In this document: one piece after another, positions 18,720-28,042 of the stretch
Numbering within the stretch: the first letter of the stretch is position 1
Layout: each line of letters starts with the position of its first letter
Source: Flavobacteriales bacterium
Lineage (GTDB): Bacteria > Bacteroidota > Bacteroidia > Flavobacteriales_C > GCA-002722245
Length of the DNA: 64,000 nt
Direction: 5' to 3'
NCBI GenBank assembly: GCA_023251095.1
Contig: JAHEZL010000012.1
Location: 42,243 to 106,242, forward strand
The notes under the pieces: generated by a model
The model's input: the letters and a program-made list of their open reading frames with translations, nothing else
Told to the model about the DNA's origin: nothing
Databases searched by the model: none
Position numbers and translations under genes: made by a program

Positions 18720-20798
18720 ATGATGAATAAGATTTCAAAAAGGCGCACAATTCGCCTGATGGGTACTTTCGGAATGCTGCTTAGCTGCGGAACCGCATTT
18801 GCCACAGGTAATTCAGCCGATTCAACGCAGCAGGCGAACGATTCGCTGGCACTTCGTGAGAGTTACAAGCAAAGCAAACCTGTTCTTTTCGGCACAGGTT
18901 CTGTATTGCTCAATCCAACCTATTCTCCGGGAATAGGCGGCATAAAAATCAACCCCCATTTTAATTTTAATGGATCTGAATCTCAGGGCAAAGCCTTGTT
19001 TGCCGATGACGTTGTTATTTCGGGAGTAATGCGTGCATTGATGGTTTATCGTGATATGAACAAATCATACGACGATATGATCACCAGTGAAAAAAGCATT
19101 GCTTTCTCTGATTATCCTACGGCAAATGTCGGTACAACAAATGGTGGGGGATATCCTATGTTAGAGTTGAACTTTTCTTCAAAGTTCCGTTCAAAAATCG
19201 ATTTCAATGTTGGTTATTCCATCACTCCTATATTTACAGGTGATCCGTTGAGTAATAACAGTCGCAGTTTGAGTGCCCGACAAAACATTAATTTCTCGGG
19301 ACGCATCAGAAGCGGTTTGTTTGAAACCAGCGTTACTGCAGGTGAGGTGCTATGGGTGAAGATGAGTAAGTTCACAATGGGACAAGCGGAATACCGCGAC
19401 AATTATTTCAATCGTTTGCCTTGGGACTGGTACAGAAGATCTTTCGAAAGATTTGAAGAATATTTCTCACAATCCAGCAACATCGGAAACCAGGGATTGG
19501 GCGGTAGCGCAGTATCGGGTGTGGTGTTTGAAACAAAATATTTGCCTTGGCAAGTGGGTGTGAGAGGGATGTTCGGACGTACAAGTTCAAGCGTTGCCTT
19601 GTCGCAAGGAATCAATTATTTCCCATCTTACACAGGAGTGGTGAAATTGGAAAAAGTGATTTTCGAAAGATTCATGTCGGGAACTGTTGGATTGAACTTC
19701 TATGCAAAACGCGCACAGGTTTCTTTTGAAGACAAAAGACCGGATAACAACACAGTAACCACTTTGGATTTCAATTTTAAAATTAAAAAGGTATTGGTGT
19801 CGGGAGAGTTTGGTGTGGGCAGAGTTGAAAATCCGGGATCTCCTGCTTCAAGTCCAATCGGACAAGGGTATTATTTAAAAACAGAATTCGACAAACGTAT
19901 AGTATTGGTTCCTTTTTCTGTTGAGTATTACAACATCAATACAGCAATGGCGAGCATCGATGGTTCTATCTTAAACTCTAATTCAACTTTGAGTCAGGGT
20001 GGATACGCTACCGAAAAAGTGTACGATGCACTTTACTTACCAAACATTGCGCAGGAGGTTGGACAAATTGCCAACAACCGTCAGGGTTTTAACTTCAGAG
20101 CAGAAGGCGGGTTAGGAAAATACATCAGAATTCAGTTTGGTTATGCTGCCAGCTCCGAAAAAGAACATACTACGGATGACATTACCATTCAGCACAGGAT
20201 AAATGATTTCTCCCGTTCAAGAATGCGCCCATGGTTTCAGGCCGATGGTCCTTACCACAGAATTAAATCAGCGTGGTTCCGTACTTATGAAACCATTACA
20301 GTGAATTCATCAAAACTGACGAACAGCACTACATACCTGAAAGGGTTCAATGCTGCTGAATTGTTATTGAAAGGACAATTTGAAATCAACAAACACAAAT
20401 TGATCATTTTAAACTACAACAGTTTCAATACGGTTCAAAACGGATTCAATCCTTTGAATCCTATTCCGAACAACAATACTTTTATCTCAGTTTTCTATGA
20501 AGATTTAACGGTTGCTTTCAGCATCCTTAAAAACTTATCGGTAGTGGCAGAGGCAGGATTTGAAACGGTGAAAGGAAGCACTTCGGTGAATCTTTCTCCT
20601 GATAAAGCAAGTGCTGCCGATTCAGATAGAGTGATTAACCAATTGGGTAAAACTATTGCCTTCGGTATTGATTACGATATCGCCAGAAACATGAACATAC
20701 ATCTTCGTCGCAGATATTTTACACATCAGGATTACAACTTCACCAAAGATGTGTTTGATGGCAATGAAACAACTTTCGAATTTAAAATTTTCTTCTAA
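18720..20798 (+). CDS. Uncharacterised outer-membrane beta-barrel protein
   Basis: Signal peptide, amphipathic beta-strands, C-terminal FEFKIFF; no SusC/TonB plug features seen. Confidence 0.75.
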   Translation: MMNKISKRRTIRLMGTFGMLLSCGTAFATGNSADSTQQANDSLALRESYKQSKPVLFGTGSVLLNPTYSPGIGGIKINPHFNFNGSESQGKALFADDVVISGVMRALMVYRDMNKSYDDMITSEKSIAFSDYPTANVGTTNGGGYPMLELNFSSKFRSKIDFNVGYSITPIFTGDPLSNNSRSLSARQNINFSGRIRSGLFETSVTAGEVLWVKMSKFTMGQAEYRDNYFNRLPWDWYRRSFERFEEYFSQSSNIGNQGLGGSAVSGVVFETKYLPWQVGVRGMFGRTSSSVALSQGINYFPSYTGVVKLEKVIFERFMSGTVGLNFYAKRAQVSFEDKRPDNNTVTTLDFNFKIKKVLVSGEFGVGRVENPGSPASSPIGQGYYLKTEFDKRIVLVPFSVEYYNINTAMASIDGSILNSNSTLSQGGYATEKVYDALYLPNIAQEVGQIANNRQGFNFRAEGGLGKYIRIQFGYAASSEKEHTTDDITIQHRINDFSRSRMRPWFQADGPYHRIKSAWFRTYETITVNSSKLTNSTTYLKGFNAAELLLKGQFEINKHKLIILNYNSFNTVQNGFNPLNPIPNNNTFISVFYEDLTVAFSILKNLSVVAEAGFETVKGSTSVNLSPDKASAADSDRVINQLGKTIAFGIDYDIARNMNIHLRRRYFTHQDYNFTKDVFDGNETTFEFKIFF

Positions 20799-20812
20799 TA
20801 ATTTATAAAGCA

Positions 20813-22534
20813 ATGCAAAACAAAAAATTATTACTTACATCAGCGTTAACGGTAGCTATAGGAGGTTCTCTATTGGCGCAAATGATGGGACAATCACCGA
20901 CTAAATTTTCTTTGAATGGTTTAGGACGGTCATATATTACCAATAGCAATTTGAGCGGGAATATTATGAGTGGCGACACTAAAACCCACAACGCGGGGAT
21001 TGGCGGTTACAACTTATTTGACCTTCAAAATAATCTGGCTATAGATTCTGCTTTTCAGGCTACAGCCACTTACAGGGTGAGAAGTGAGTTTGGTGCTTTT
21101 TACGGAAGTGCAAACTCTTTCAAATTCCGTCAGTTTAAATTAATGGGTAAAATAAAAGATTTCAGATATGAGATCGGTGATGTTCGTATTGAACTCACTC
21201 CTTTTACCGTGTTTAATTTCGGCGATATGTACCACAAGTACGAATCGGAAATCTTCCAGATGAGAAGAGCCATCACCGAATACGAAAACATGAACGTTGG
21301 TAACGGATGGTTGCTGCAAGGTGCGCACCTGAAATACGGTCATGATTTCGAAAACTGGGGAATTGGTGCTTATGGTTTCGTAACCAGAACAACTTCAACC
21401 AATGAGATGAGTATTTCCGACAGATTATTGTCGGGTGCAAGAGTTGGCGCTTCTTTTGGCGACAATATTAAAATCGGTGGAACGTATGTTGGATTAACCG
21501 ATGTGGATATTCAATCGGCTACATACTCTTACAAAAACTACGTTGGAACGGGAGATGTTGAATACCTGATGAATTCTGATGCAAGTGCTTTAAAAATCAG
21601 ATTTGAAGGTGGAGCATCAAGTTTCAACTACAAAAATGTTGCTGCGGTAATCGATTCATCAAAATCATATCAGGATTATTTCCTTGATCTTACAGCAAGT
21701 TTAGCATTGAAAGGTCCTGGAATTAAATTCACCTTGGGTGTAACAGATGTTGGACAATATTATAACTCTCCAACTGCACAAACCAGAAGAGTGGTTGACA
21801 ACATGAACCCGGCTTTATTCGGATTGGTGAACAATGCAAGTGTATTGAGAGCTCCGATTTTGTTCGACAGAATGAATTCTGAACAATTGTACAACAGCAA
21901 AATCGCTTATGTATTGACTCCTTATTTGAATCAATTTAACAATGCTCAACCTTATGGCAAGGCAACCCCTAACCGTCAGGGTGCGTCTATTACAGTAGCG
22001 TCGGATACTTCAATGCAAAATGTTGATTTCGAAGTAGGTTTTGATTACTTACAAGAGATCGTTGGAGAAGGAACAGCTGACCTTAGAAACTTTATGGTAG
22101 TAAAAGGGGGAGTTAAACTGGAGATTGGTAAAATGATAGGCTTGGGTCGCAAACTTGATTTCTCAGTAGGAGGAAGAATGGAAAAAACGGCCAGAGCAGG
22201 AGCAGGTTCAATTGCTTTATCAAGCACAGTTGCTGATGCAGGAGTTTCTTTTGAAGTAATTAAAAAAGTGGATTTATTGTTCGGCTACAAAATGTTGGTA
22301 GCTAACGGTAATGAATATGCTTCACAAAGAGATGCTTTCAATTCTATTGCAACTATCAACGGATTAAGCATCAATTCAAATGAAGGAATTGCTTCGGCAG
22401 GAGTGCAAGTGCGTTTCTCTCCAATGCAATCTTTCTCTGTACACTACAACATGGTGACGTACGTCAACACTTTGGTAAGTGCAGGTTCATATAATATTTC
22501 TCAATTGCTGTTATCATACACAGGCAAATTTTAA
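20813..22534 (+). CDS. Uncharacterised outer-membrane beta-barrel protein
   Basis: Signal peptide (LLAQ), amphipathic strands, C-terminal LSYTGKF. Confidence 0.75.
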   Translation: MQNKKLLLTSALTVAIGGSLLAQMMGQSPTKFSLNGLGRSYITNSNLSGNIMSGDTKTHNAGIGGYNLFDLQNNLAIDSAFQATATYRVRSEFGAFYGSANSFKFRQFKLMGKIKDFRYEIGDVRIELTPFTVFNFGDMYHKYESEIFQMRRAITEYENMNVGNGWLLQGAHLKYGHDFENWGIGAYGFVTRTTSTNEMSISDRLLSGARVGASFGDNIKIGGTYVGLTDVDIQSATYSYKNYVGTGDVEYLMNSDASALKIRFEGGASSFNYKNVAAVIDSSKSYQDYFLDLTASLALKGPGIKFTLGVTDVGQYYNSPTAQTRRVVDNMNPALFGLVNNASVLRAPILFDRMNSEQLYNSKIAYVLTPYLNQFNNAQPYGKATPNRQGASITVASDTSMQNVDFEVGFDYLQEIVGEGTADLRNFMVVKGGVKLEIGKMIGLGRKLDFSVGGRMEKTARAGAGSIALSSTVADAGVSFEVIKKVDLLFGYKMLVANGNEYASQRDAFNSIATINGLSINSNEGIASAGVQVRFSPMQSFSVHYNMVTYVNTLVSAGSYNISQLLLSYTGKF

Positions 22535-22545
22535 TAGAGACTACT

Positions 22546-23676
22546 ATGTATAAAAAAGGAATATATACAATTCTCTCTTTTCTGGTCCTTCTGGGCGCAG
22601 GGTGCAAGAGAGAAACAATGGTGGGTGATAAAGTGGTTTTCGTAAAGGAAAATCCTTTGGTTGCCAATACCGGATTAACAGTCAATAATGCTAATCCTGA
22701 TTTTACTACTTCTAACAAGAAAGCAGGAACTGCTGTAAGTTTTGCTGCAAGCTTTACTACAGAAGTTTCCTGGAAAATTGTGATAGAAGGAAATCTTTCC
22801 AAGGCAGTGAAAGAAATTAAGGGAACAGGACAAACCATTGACAATGGCAATTCAGTTTGGGAAGGCGACGCAAACACTATTCAGTTTTTCATGACTAAGG
22901 ATACGTGTTCTATTTCTCTTTATGTAGCCGGAATTGACACTGCAATTTCTTCTTCAAGTTTGATCATTAAAAAAATGCTTTCTTACCACCTCCGTACGGT
23001 GGATGGAGTAAGATATCTGCTGGTGGATGATTACGATGGAAATCATATGGGTACCAAAGGAATGGAAGGCTTGTCGGCGGATGCTTTTGATTACGACAAT
23101 AATTCTTTCACTACTATTCAGTCGCAAAGAATCAACGGAAAAAACTCTTTCCATATTGAAGGCAAGGATCTCAACAATAACGGATGGATATTTAGTATGA
23201 ACCATAAGGATTTGGTGGAGATGGTCACTACTACCGACAGTACTAAAAACATCCTGTCGCACGATCCCTCAACTTTTTACGTGAATATTTATGTTCGCGG
23301 AACAGGGAAAACAAGTTCTGCCGTGGAGCTGAAAATGTATGAGTATGATATTGCCACTACCTCTAAATCCCTAATGGATTCTTTAAAGAAAACAACCTTT
23401 GTATTTACGGTTCCTTTGCAGGCTAAAAACGACGGATGGATTTATATCATTGATGTCAACTGGGAAGGCTGGAAGCTGGTAAGTATTCCTTACTCTCAGT
23501 TCCGTGTGGACAATGATTTAACTAAGGGTGGTGGTGGAAACCATATTCAGGAGCCATGGAAAATTACTGCAATGGCAGTGTCGCTCTTATCGGATCCTCA
23601 ATATGGCAATGATGTTTCTGCAGATGTTGATTTCGTGGTCTTGTCTGAAGGTGGTCCGTTTGTTCCAAAATATTAA
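22546..23676 (+). CDS. Lipoprotein, Ig-like plus CBM11/galactose-binding-like domain
   Basis: Lipobox LGAGC; LVDDYDG...VNWEGWKLVSIPYSQF...VDFVVLS. Confidence 0.7.
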   Translation: MYKKGIYTILSFLVLLGAGCKRETMVGDKVVFVKENPLVANTGLTVNNANPDFTTSNKKAGTAVSFAASFTTEVSWKIVIEGNLSKAVKEIKGTGQTIDNGNSVWEGDANTIQFFMTKDTCSISLYVAGIDTAISSSSLIIKKMLSYHLRTVDGVRYLLVDDYDGNHMGTKGMEGLSADAFDYDNNSFTTIQSQRINGKNSFHIEGKDLNNNGWIFSMNHKDLVEMVTTTDSTKNILSHDPSTFYVNIYVRGTGKTSSAVELKMYEYDIATTSKSLMDSLKKTTFVFTVPLQAKNDGWIYIIDVNWEGWKLVSIPYSQFRVDNDLTKGGGGNHIQEPWKITAMAVSLLSDPQYGNDVSADVDFVVLSEGGPFVPKY

Positions 23677-23681
23677 AATTA

Positions 23682-24782
23682 ATGTCTATGACAACTATAT
23701 TAAAAAATATAACATTCAAACTCACTGCTCTTTCACTGGTTGCTGTGATTTATAGCGGATGTCATAAAAAAGATACACTGGGTACAACTGATGTTTGCCC
23801 TTCTGCAGATTTTAAAGTTACCACTCCTTTTTACTTTGTGGGTAATTTAACTACAGTTGATCCTGCAACACAGAAATTATCAATGATTGCAGGTTTTTCT
23901 GAGGAAATAAACTGGACGATTACCATTACAGGGGATAGCCTTGGGGTTAAAACTTATGCAGGAAAATCGGATTCATTAAACATCGATTTTTATGGCAATT
24001 CAGAGAACGATCATTTCTTTAAGAAAAACGAAAATGTACATGTGAAGTTTGAATTAGGCTGTGGTCATGAAAAGGACAATGCTACAAAAACCTTTACTTA
24101 TGTAGGAAAACCAACGATGCACAATACTGATTTCGGATATCTTTTGAATGATTTTGACGGTTATCCGAAAACAGGAGCATACAGCACAAGTGGCGGCTGG
24201 CCTGATGCCAGTGATAAAACTAAGGATTGGATGAAAGTAAATAATTATACCGCTGATCCTTCTCCTCAGGGTACTTATAATAATAAAGCCATGCTTTACT
24301 ACGGTTATGTAGAAGATTCTCTTGCAATGCCACCGGTTAAATTATGGTATTTCAGCGGTTTCACTTCACCAATCTCTACTCAGATTACAGCATTGAAAAC
24401 AGCAGGAATCACCGATACCAAAAGGTTGTATCTCAATATGTATGTAAGAGGTTATCATACTGATTATCCTAATACTCAACTTCAGTTGTCGTTAGAAGGT
24501 ATACAGGAGTCAACAGAAAGCGGTAAAGTATTAGAACCTAAAAATTACAATTTGAATCTGGATTGGGATGGTTGGAAAATGGTTTCTATCAAATTTTCTG
24601 ATTTTTACAATTTGCATGATTTCCCTTCTATAGAGAATACGGCTACTGCATCCAGCATCACCAATCTTGGATTTGGTTTGGGTGCCGGTCCGGAGCAAGC
24701 TTCGAAAACCAAAGCATTGATTGATTTCCTCTTCATTTCTGTTGATGCTCCTTACAAAGAGGTGAAAAAACAGGTTTATTAG
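23682..24782 (+). CDS. Lipoprotein paralogous to the upstream gene (CBM11-like)
   Basis: Lipobox YSGC; LLNDFDG...LDWDGWKMVSIKFSDF...IDFLFIS. Confidence 0.7.
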   Translation: MSMTTILKNITFKLTALSLVAVIYSGCHKKDTLGTTDVCPSADFKVTTPFYFVGNLTTVDPATQKLSMIAGFSEEINWTITITGDSLGVKTYAGKSDSLNIDFYGNSENDHFFKKNENVHVKFELGCGHEKDNATKTFTYVGKPTMHNTDFGYLLNDFDGYPKTGAYSTSGGWPDASDKTKDWMKVNNYTADPSPQGTYNNKAMLYYGYVEDSLAMPPVKLWYFSGFTSPISTQITALKTAGITDTKRLYLNMYVRGYHTDYPNTQLQLSLEGIQESTESGKVLEPKNYNLNLDWDGWKMVSIKFSDFYNLHDFPSIENTATASSITNLGFGLGAGPEQASKTKALIDFLFISVDAPYKEVKKQVY

Positions 24783-24800
24783 AAATGAATAGAGTTTTTA

Positions 24801-24833
24801 AAAATGAGGATTCCTATGGGGTCCTCATTTTTT
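24801..24833 (+). terminator. Rho-independent terminator closing the five-gene chitinase operon
   Basis: AAAATGAGGATTCC-TAT-GGGGTCCTCATTTT followed by T run. Confidence 0.85.
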
Positions 24834-24890
24834 GTTAAAACATATTTAAAAAGTATCCATTCATTCTATGCTAGATTAAATAATCTGAAT

Positions 24891-24898
24891 TATATTTG
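24891..24898 (+). promoter_or_regulatory. -7 promoter element for nagB
   Basis: TATATTTG 28 nt before the TTG start. Confidence 0.6.
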
Positions 24899-24926
24899 TC
24901 GACACAATAAATAAACAACTACTACT

Positions 24927-26828
24927 TTGGAAAATATTAAAACACTTGTTTACGATGATGCGGATGCCGGATCAAAATTCGTAGCCGAGAAAATCCGTAA
25001 TCTTATTGAGTCTCGCAATAAGAAAAAAGAAAAAACAGTATTGGGTTTAGCAACAGGAACAACTCCTTTGAAATTGTATGATGAGTTAATCAGAATGCAC
25101 AAAGAGGACGGACTGAGCTTCGCTAACGTAGTGACTTTCAACTTGGATGAATACTATCCGATGCAGCCAAAAGCGATTCAAAGTTACCATCGCTTCATGC
25201 ACGAGAATTTGTTCAACCACATCGACATTAAAAAAGAAAACATACATATCCCTGCAGGAGACATTGAACTTTCCGAAGTGGAAAATTTCTGTCAGAAATA
25301 CGAAGAGGATATCGACAAAGCAGGAGGAATTGATATTCAATTGTTAGGAATAGGAAGAACGGGTCACATCGGTTTCAACGAACCGGGATCTGCCGTTCAA
25401 TCCAAAACAAGATTGGTTACCTTAGACAGAATCACCAGAAGAGACGCGGCGTCTGATTTCTTCAGCGAGGAAAACGTGCCGAGAACAGCCATCACTATGG
25501 GGGTTGGAAGTATTTTTAAAGCACGCACAGTTTATTTAATGGCATGGGGAATTGGTAAAGCTTCTATTTTAGCAAGAACAGTAGAAGGTGAAATCTCTCA
25601 CCAGGTACCAGCCACTTATTTGCAAAATCATCCTGATACCACTTTTGTTGTTGATAAAGCTGCATCCGATGAATTGGCAAGAACAAAAACACCTTGGTTG
25701 GTTAGCTCTTGCGATTGGACAGAAGAATTGACTTACAACGCGGTTATTTGGTTGGCTCAGCATTTGAAAAAACCAATTTTGAAACTGACCGATGAGGATT
25801 ACAATAAATTCAGCATGGGTGACCTGGTTTCTAAAGCCGGTTCAGCTTATGAAATCAACATCAAGGCTTTCGAAAGAATTAAATATACCATTACTGGATG
25901 GCCAGGTGGAAAACCCGGTACAGAAGGACAAAACCGTCCGGAAAGACCTAGTCCGCAATACAAACGCGCCATCATCTTTTCTCCACATCCCGATGACGAC
26001 GTAATTTCCATGGGTGGAACTTTCATCCGTTTGGTGGATCAGGGACATGAAGTACACGTGGCTTATCAGGTTTCCGGTAATATCGCGGTTCATGATGACG
26101 ATGTGATTTGCTACGCTGATTTCATGCAGGAAGCTGCTGAAATCATTGGAATGCCAAAAGATAAAGCAGAAGAGTTTTACAATAAAGTAAAAACCTTATT
26201 CAATAAAAAAGAGATTGGTGCTGATGATGCAGCTTATGTTCGTCAGATGAAAGGAGCCATCAGAAGAATGGAAGCGAAAGCCGGTTGCAGATATTGCGGT
26301 ATTCCTGATGAAAATGCACATTTCATGAACTTGCCGTTTTACGAAACAGGTAAAGTGAAAAAGAATGGAATCGGAGAGGAAGACATTAAAATCACGATGG
26401 ACCTCATTCGTAAAATTCAACCACATCAAATTTACTTAGCAGGTGACTTAGCGGATCCACACGGAACTCACAAGGTTTGTCTGGACATCATCATTGAATC
26501 TGTTAACCGCTTGAAAAGCGAAAAATTCATGCAGGATTGTTATGTGTGGATGTACAGAGGAGCTTGGCACGAGTGGCCAATCCACGAAATCCACATGGCA
26601 GTACCATTGAGTCCGAATGAAGTAACCCGTAAAAAAATGGCAATCTTCAAACACCAGTCTCAAAAAGATGTTCCTGTTTTCCCTGGTAATGACAGCAGAG
26701 AATTCTGGCAACGTGCGAAAGAAAGAAACGAGGAAACTGCACATTTGTATGATATCCTTGGATTGCCTGAATACGAAGCGATGGAAGCTTTCAGAAGATG
26801 GAATTTCCAGGCTGGAGAAGTGTTGTAG
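24927..26828 (+). CDS. nagB: Glucosamine-6-phosphate deaminase fused to a PIG-L/LmbE deacetylase-like domain
   Basis: LGLATG.TP, FNLDEY, GHIGFNEP; C-terminal SPHPDDDVISMGG and DPHGTH. Confidence 0.95.
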   Translation: MENIKTLVYDDADAGSKFVAEKIRNLIESRNKKKEKTVLGLATGTTPLKLYDELIRMHKEDGLSFANVVTFNLDEYYPMQPKAIQSYHRFMHENLFNHIDIKKENIHIPAGDIELSEVENFCQKYEEDIDKAGGIDIQLLGIGRTGHIGFNEPGSAVQSKTRLVTLDRITRRDAASDFFSEENVPRTAITMGVGSIFKARTVYLMAWGIGKASILARTVEGEISHQVPATYLQNHPDTTFVVDKAASDELARTKTPWLVSSCDWTEELTYNAVIWLAQHLKKPILKLTDEDYNKFSMGDLVSKAGSAYEINIKAFERIKYTITGWPGGKPGTEGQNRPERPSPQYKRAIIFSPHPDDDVISMGGTFIRLVDQGHEVHVAYQVSGNIAVHDDDVICYADFMQEAAEIIGMPKDKAEEFYNKVKTLFNKKEIGADDAAYVRQMKGAIRRMEAKAGCRYCGIPDENAHFMNLPFYETGKVKKNGIGEEDIKITMDLIRKIQPHQIYLAGDLADPHGTHKVCLDIIIESVNRLKSEKFMQDCYVWMYRGAWHEWPIHEIHMAVPLSPNEVTRKKMAIFKHQSQKDVPVFPGNDSREFWQRAKERNEETAHLYDILGLPEYEAMEAFRRWNFQAGEVL

Positions 26829-26845
26829 AGATTTACAATTGATAT

Positions 26846-26882
26846 AAAAAAAGCCGTTGCGATTTTTTGCAACGGCTTTTTT
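26846..26882. terminator. Bidirectional terminator between nagB and msrAB
   Basis: AAAAAAAGCCGTTGC-GATTTTTT-GCAACGGCTTTTTT. Confidence 0.88.
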
Positions 26883-26895
26883 GTTGGTGATTTTT

Positions 26896-26996
26896 AGGGC
26901 GATAGGTCCTTCCTTCGTCAGGATGACATTACCGAACCATTCTCCGTAATTCACACTATAGATGGTTATCCTGACGAAGGAAGGACCTATCGCCCT
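26896..26996. repeat. REP-like inverted repeat (32-bp arms)
   Basis: AGGGCGATAGGTCCTTCCTTCGTCAGGATGAC ... GTTATCCTGACGAAGGAAGGACCTATCGCCCT, one G/T mismatch. Confidence 0.88.
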
Positions 26997-27000
26997 GTAC

Positions 27001-27951
27001 TTAAAACCTCTTCGTATACTTATGGCAATACGGAGCATGCCCATTGCTATCATAATAATCCTGATGGTATTCTTCAGCCACATAAAAAGTAGTGGCAGGA
27101 GTGATTTCTGTAATCACATTATAACCTTTGGTTTTTAAGGTGGCTACCAGTTCCTCAGCAATTTTCTTTTGCTCATCATTGGTATAAAAAATCCCTGAAC
27201 GATACTGATTGCCCAAATCCGGACCCTGTCCGTTGGGCTGTGTAGGATCATGTATTTCCATAAACAGCATGGCTAAATTGCGGTAGTTGGTTTTTGAAGA
27301 ATCAAAAATCACTCTCACGGCTTCCGCATGCCCGGTTCTTCCCGTGCACACTTCCTTGTAGCCCGGATTTTTAACGTGACCTCCTATGTAGCCTGATTCT
27401 ACTGATATTACACCATCAGCTCTTTGTAAATAATATTCTACTCCCCAGAAACAACCTCCTGCAAAAATAGCGGTGTCGGTTTTTGTAGCATCAATTTTAG
27501 GAGTGAAATTCAGAGAAATAGAATTCACGCAGTGACGGGTGTTTTTATCGGTGAATCCTTCGCCTTTAAAAACATGGCCGAGGTGAGCACCGCAATTGTT
27601 GCAGGTGATTTCCACTCGGTGACCATCCAGATCAGGCGTTTCTTTTACAGCACCGGGAATGGCGTCATCAAAGCTTGGCCATCCGCAACCGCTGTTGAAT
27701 TTATCGGTAGATTCATACAAAGCAGCGTTGCAGCGTTTGCATACATACTGTCCCGAATCCTTTGATAGATAATATTGTCCGGTGAAAGGAGCTTCTGTTC
27801 CTTTGTTGATAATCACATACTCCTCTTCGCGAGTGAGTTCATTGTATTTTCCGTTGTTGTTGGTTTTCATAGGATTTTGTTTTTGCGCACAACTTTGCAG
27901 GATGAGCACGGTTAATAATGCCAGGATGATGGTTATGCTTTTGCTGTTCAT
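27001..27951 (-). CDS. msrAB: Bifunctional methionine sulfoxide reductase MsrB-MsrA, lipoprotein
   Basis: LQSC lipobox; GCGWPSF, HLGHVF, RHCVNS (MsrB); GGCFWG, GHAE (MsrA). Confidence 0.96.
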   Translation of the reverse strand: MNSKSITIILALLTVLILQSCAQKQNPMKTNNNGKYNELTREEEYVIINKGTEAPFTGQYYLSKDSGQYVCKRCNAALYESTDKFNSGCGWPSFDDAIPGAVKETPDLDGHRVEITCNNCGAHLGHVFKGEGFTDKNTRHCVNSISLNFTPKIDATKTDTAIFAGGCFWGVEYYLQRADGVISVESGYIGGHVKNPGYKEVCTGRTGHAEAVRVIFDSSKTNYRNLAMLFMEIHDPTQPNGQGPDLGNQYRSGIFYTNDEQKKIAEELVATLKTKGYNVITEITPATTFYVAEEYHQDYYDSNGHAPYCHKYTKRF

Positions 27952-28042
27952 ATCTGTAAAGTTTAAAATTAATACTTGAATTCTTTTACAATTAGTCGAC
28001 AGTATTTTTATTTCCTGACGGAACTTGGATTAAATTAGCCGC

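Noticed and set aside
18720-22534. SusC/SusD pair
   Set aside because: Too short for SusC with no recognisable plug or TonB motifs; the second protein is a barrel without a lipobox, not SusD
26448-27083. 211-aa minus-strand ORF
   Set aside because: Antisense to nagB and runs through a terminator and an inverted repeat; no protein-like features
27952-28042. Cobalamin riboswitch ahead of the ABC transporter
   Set aside because: The spacer is only ~90 bp, AT-rich, with no B12-box-like motif
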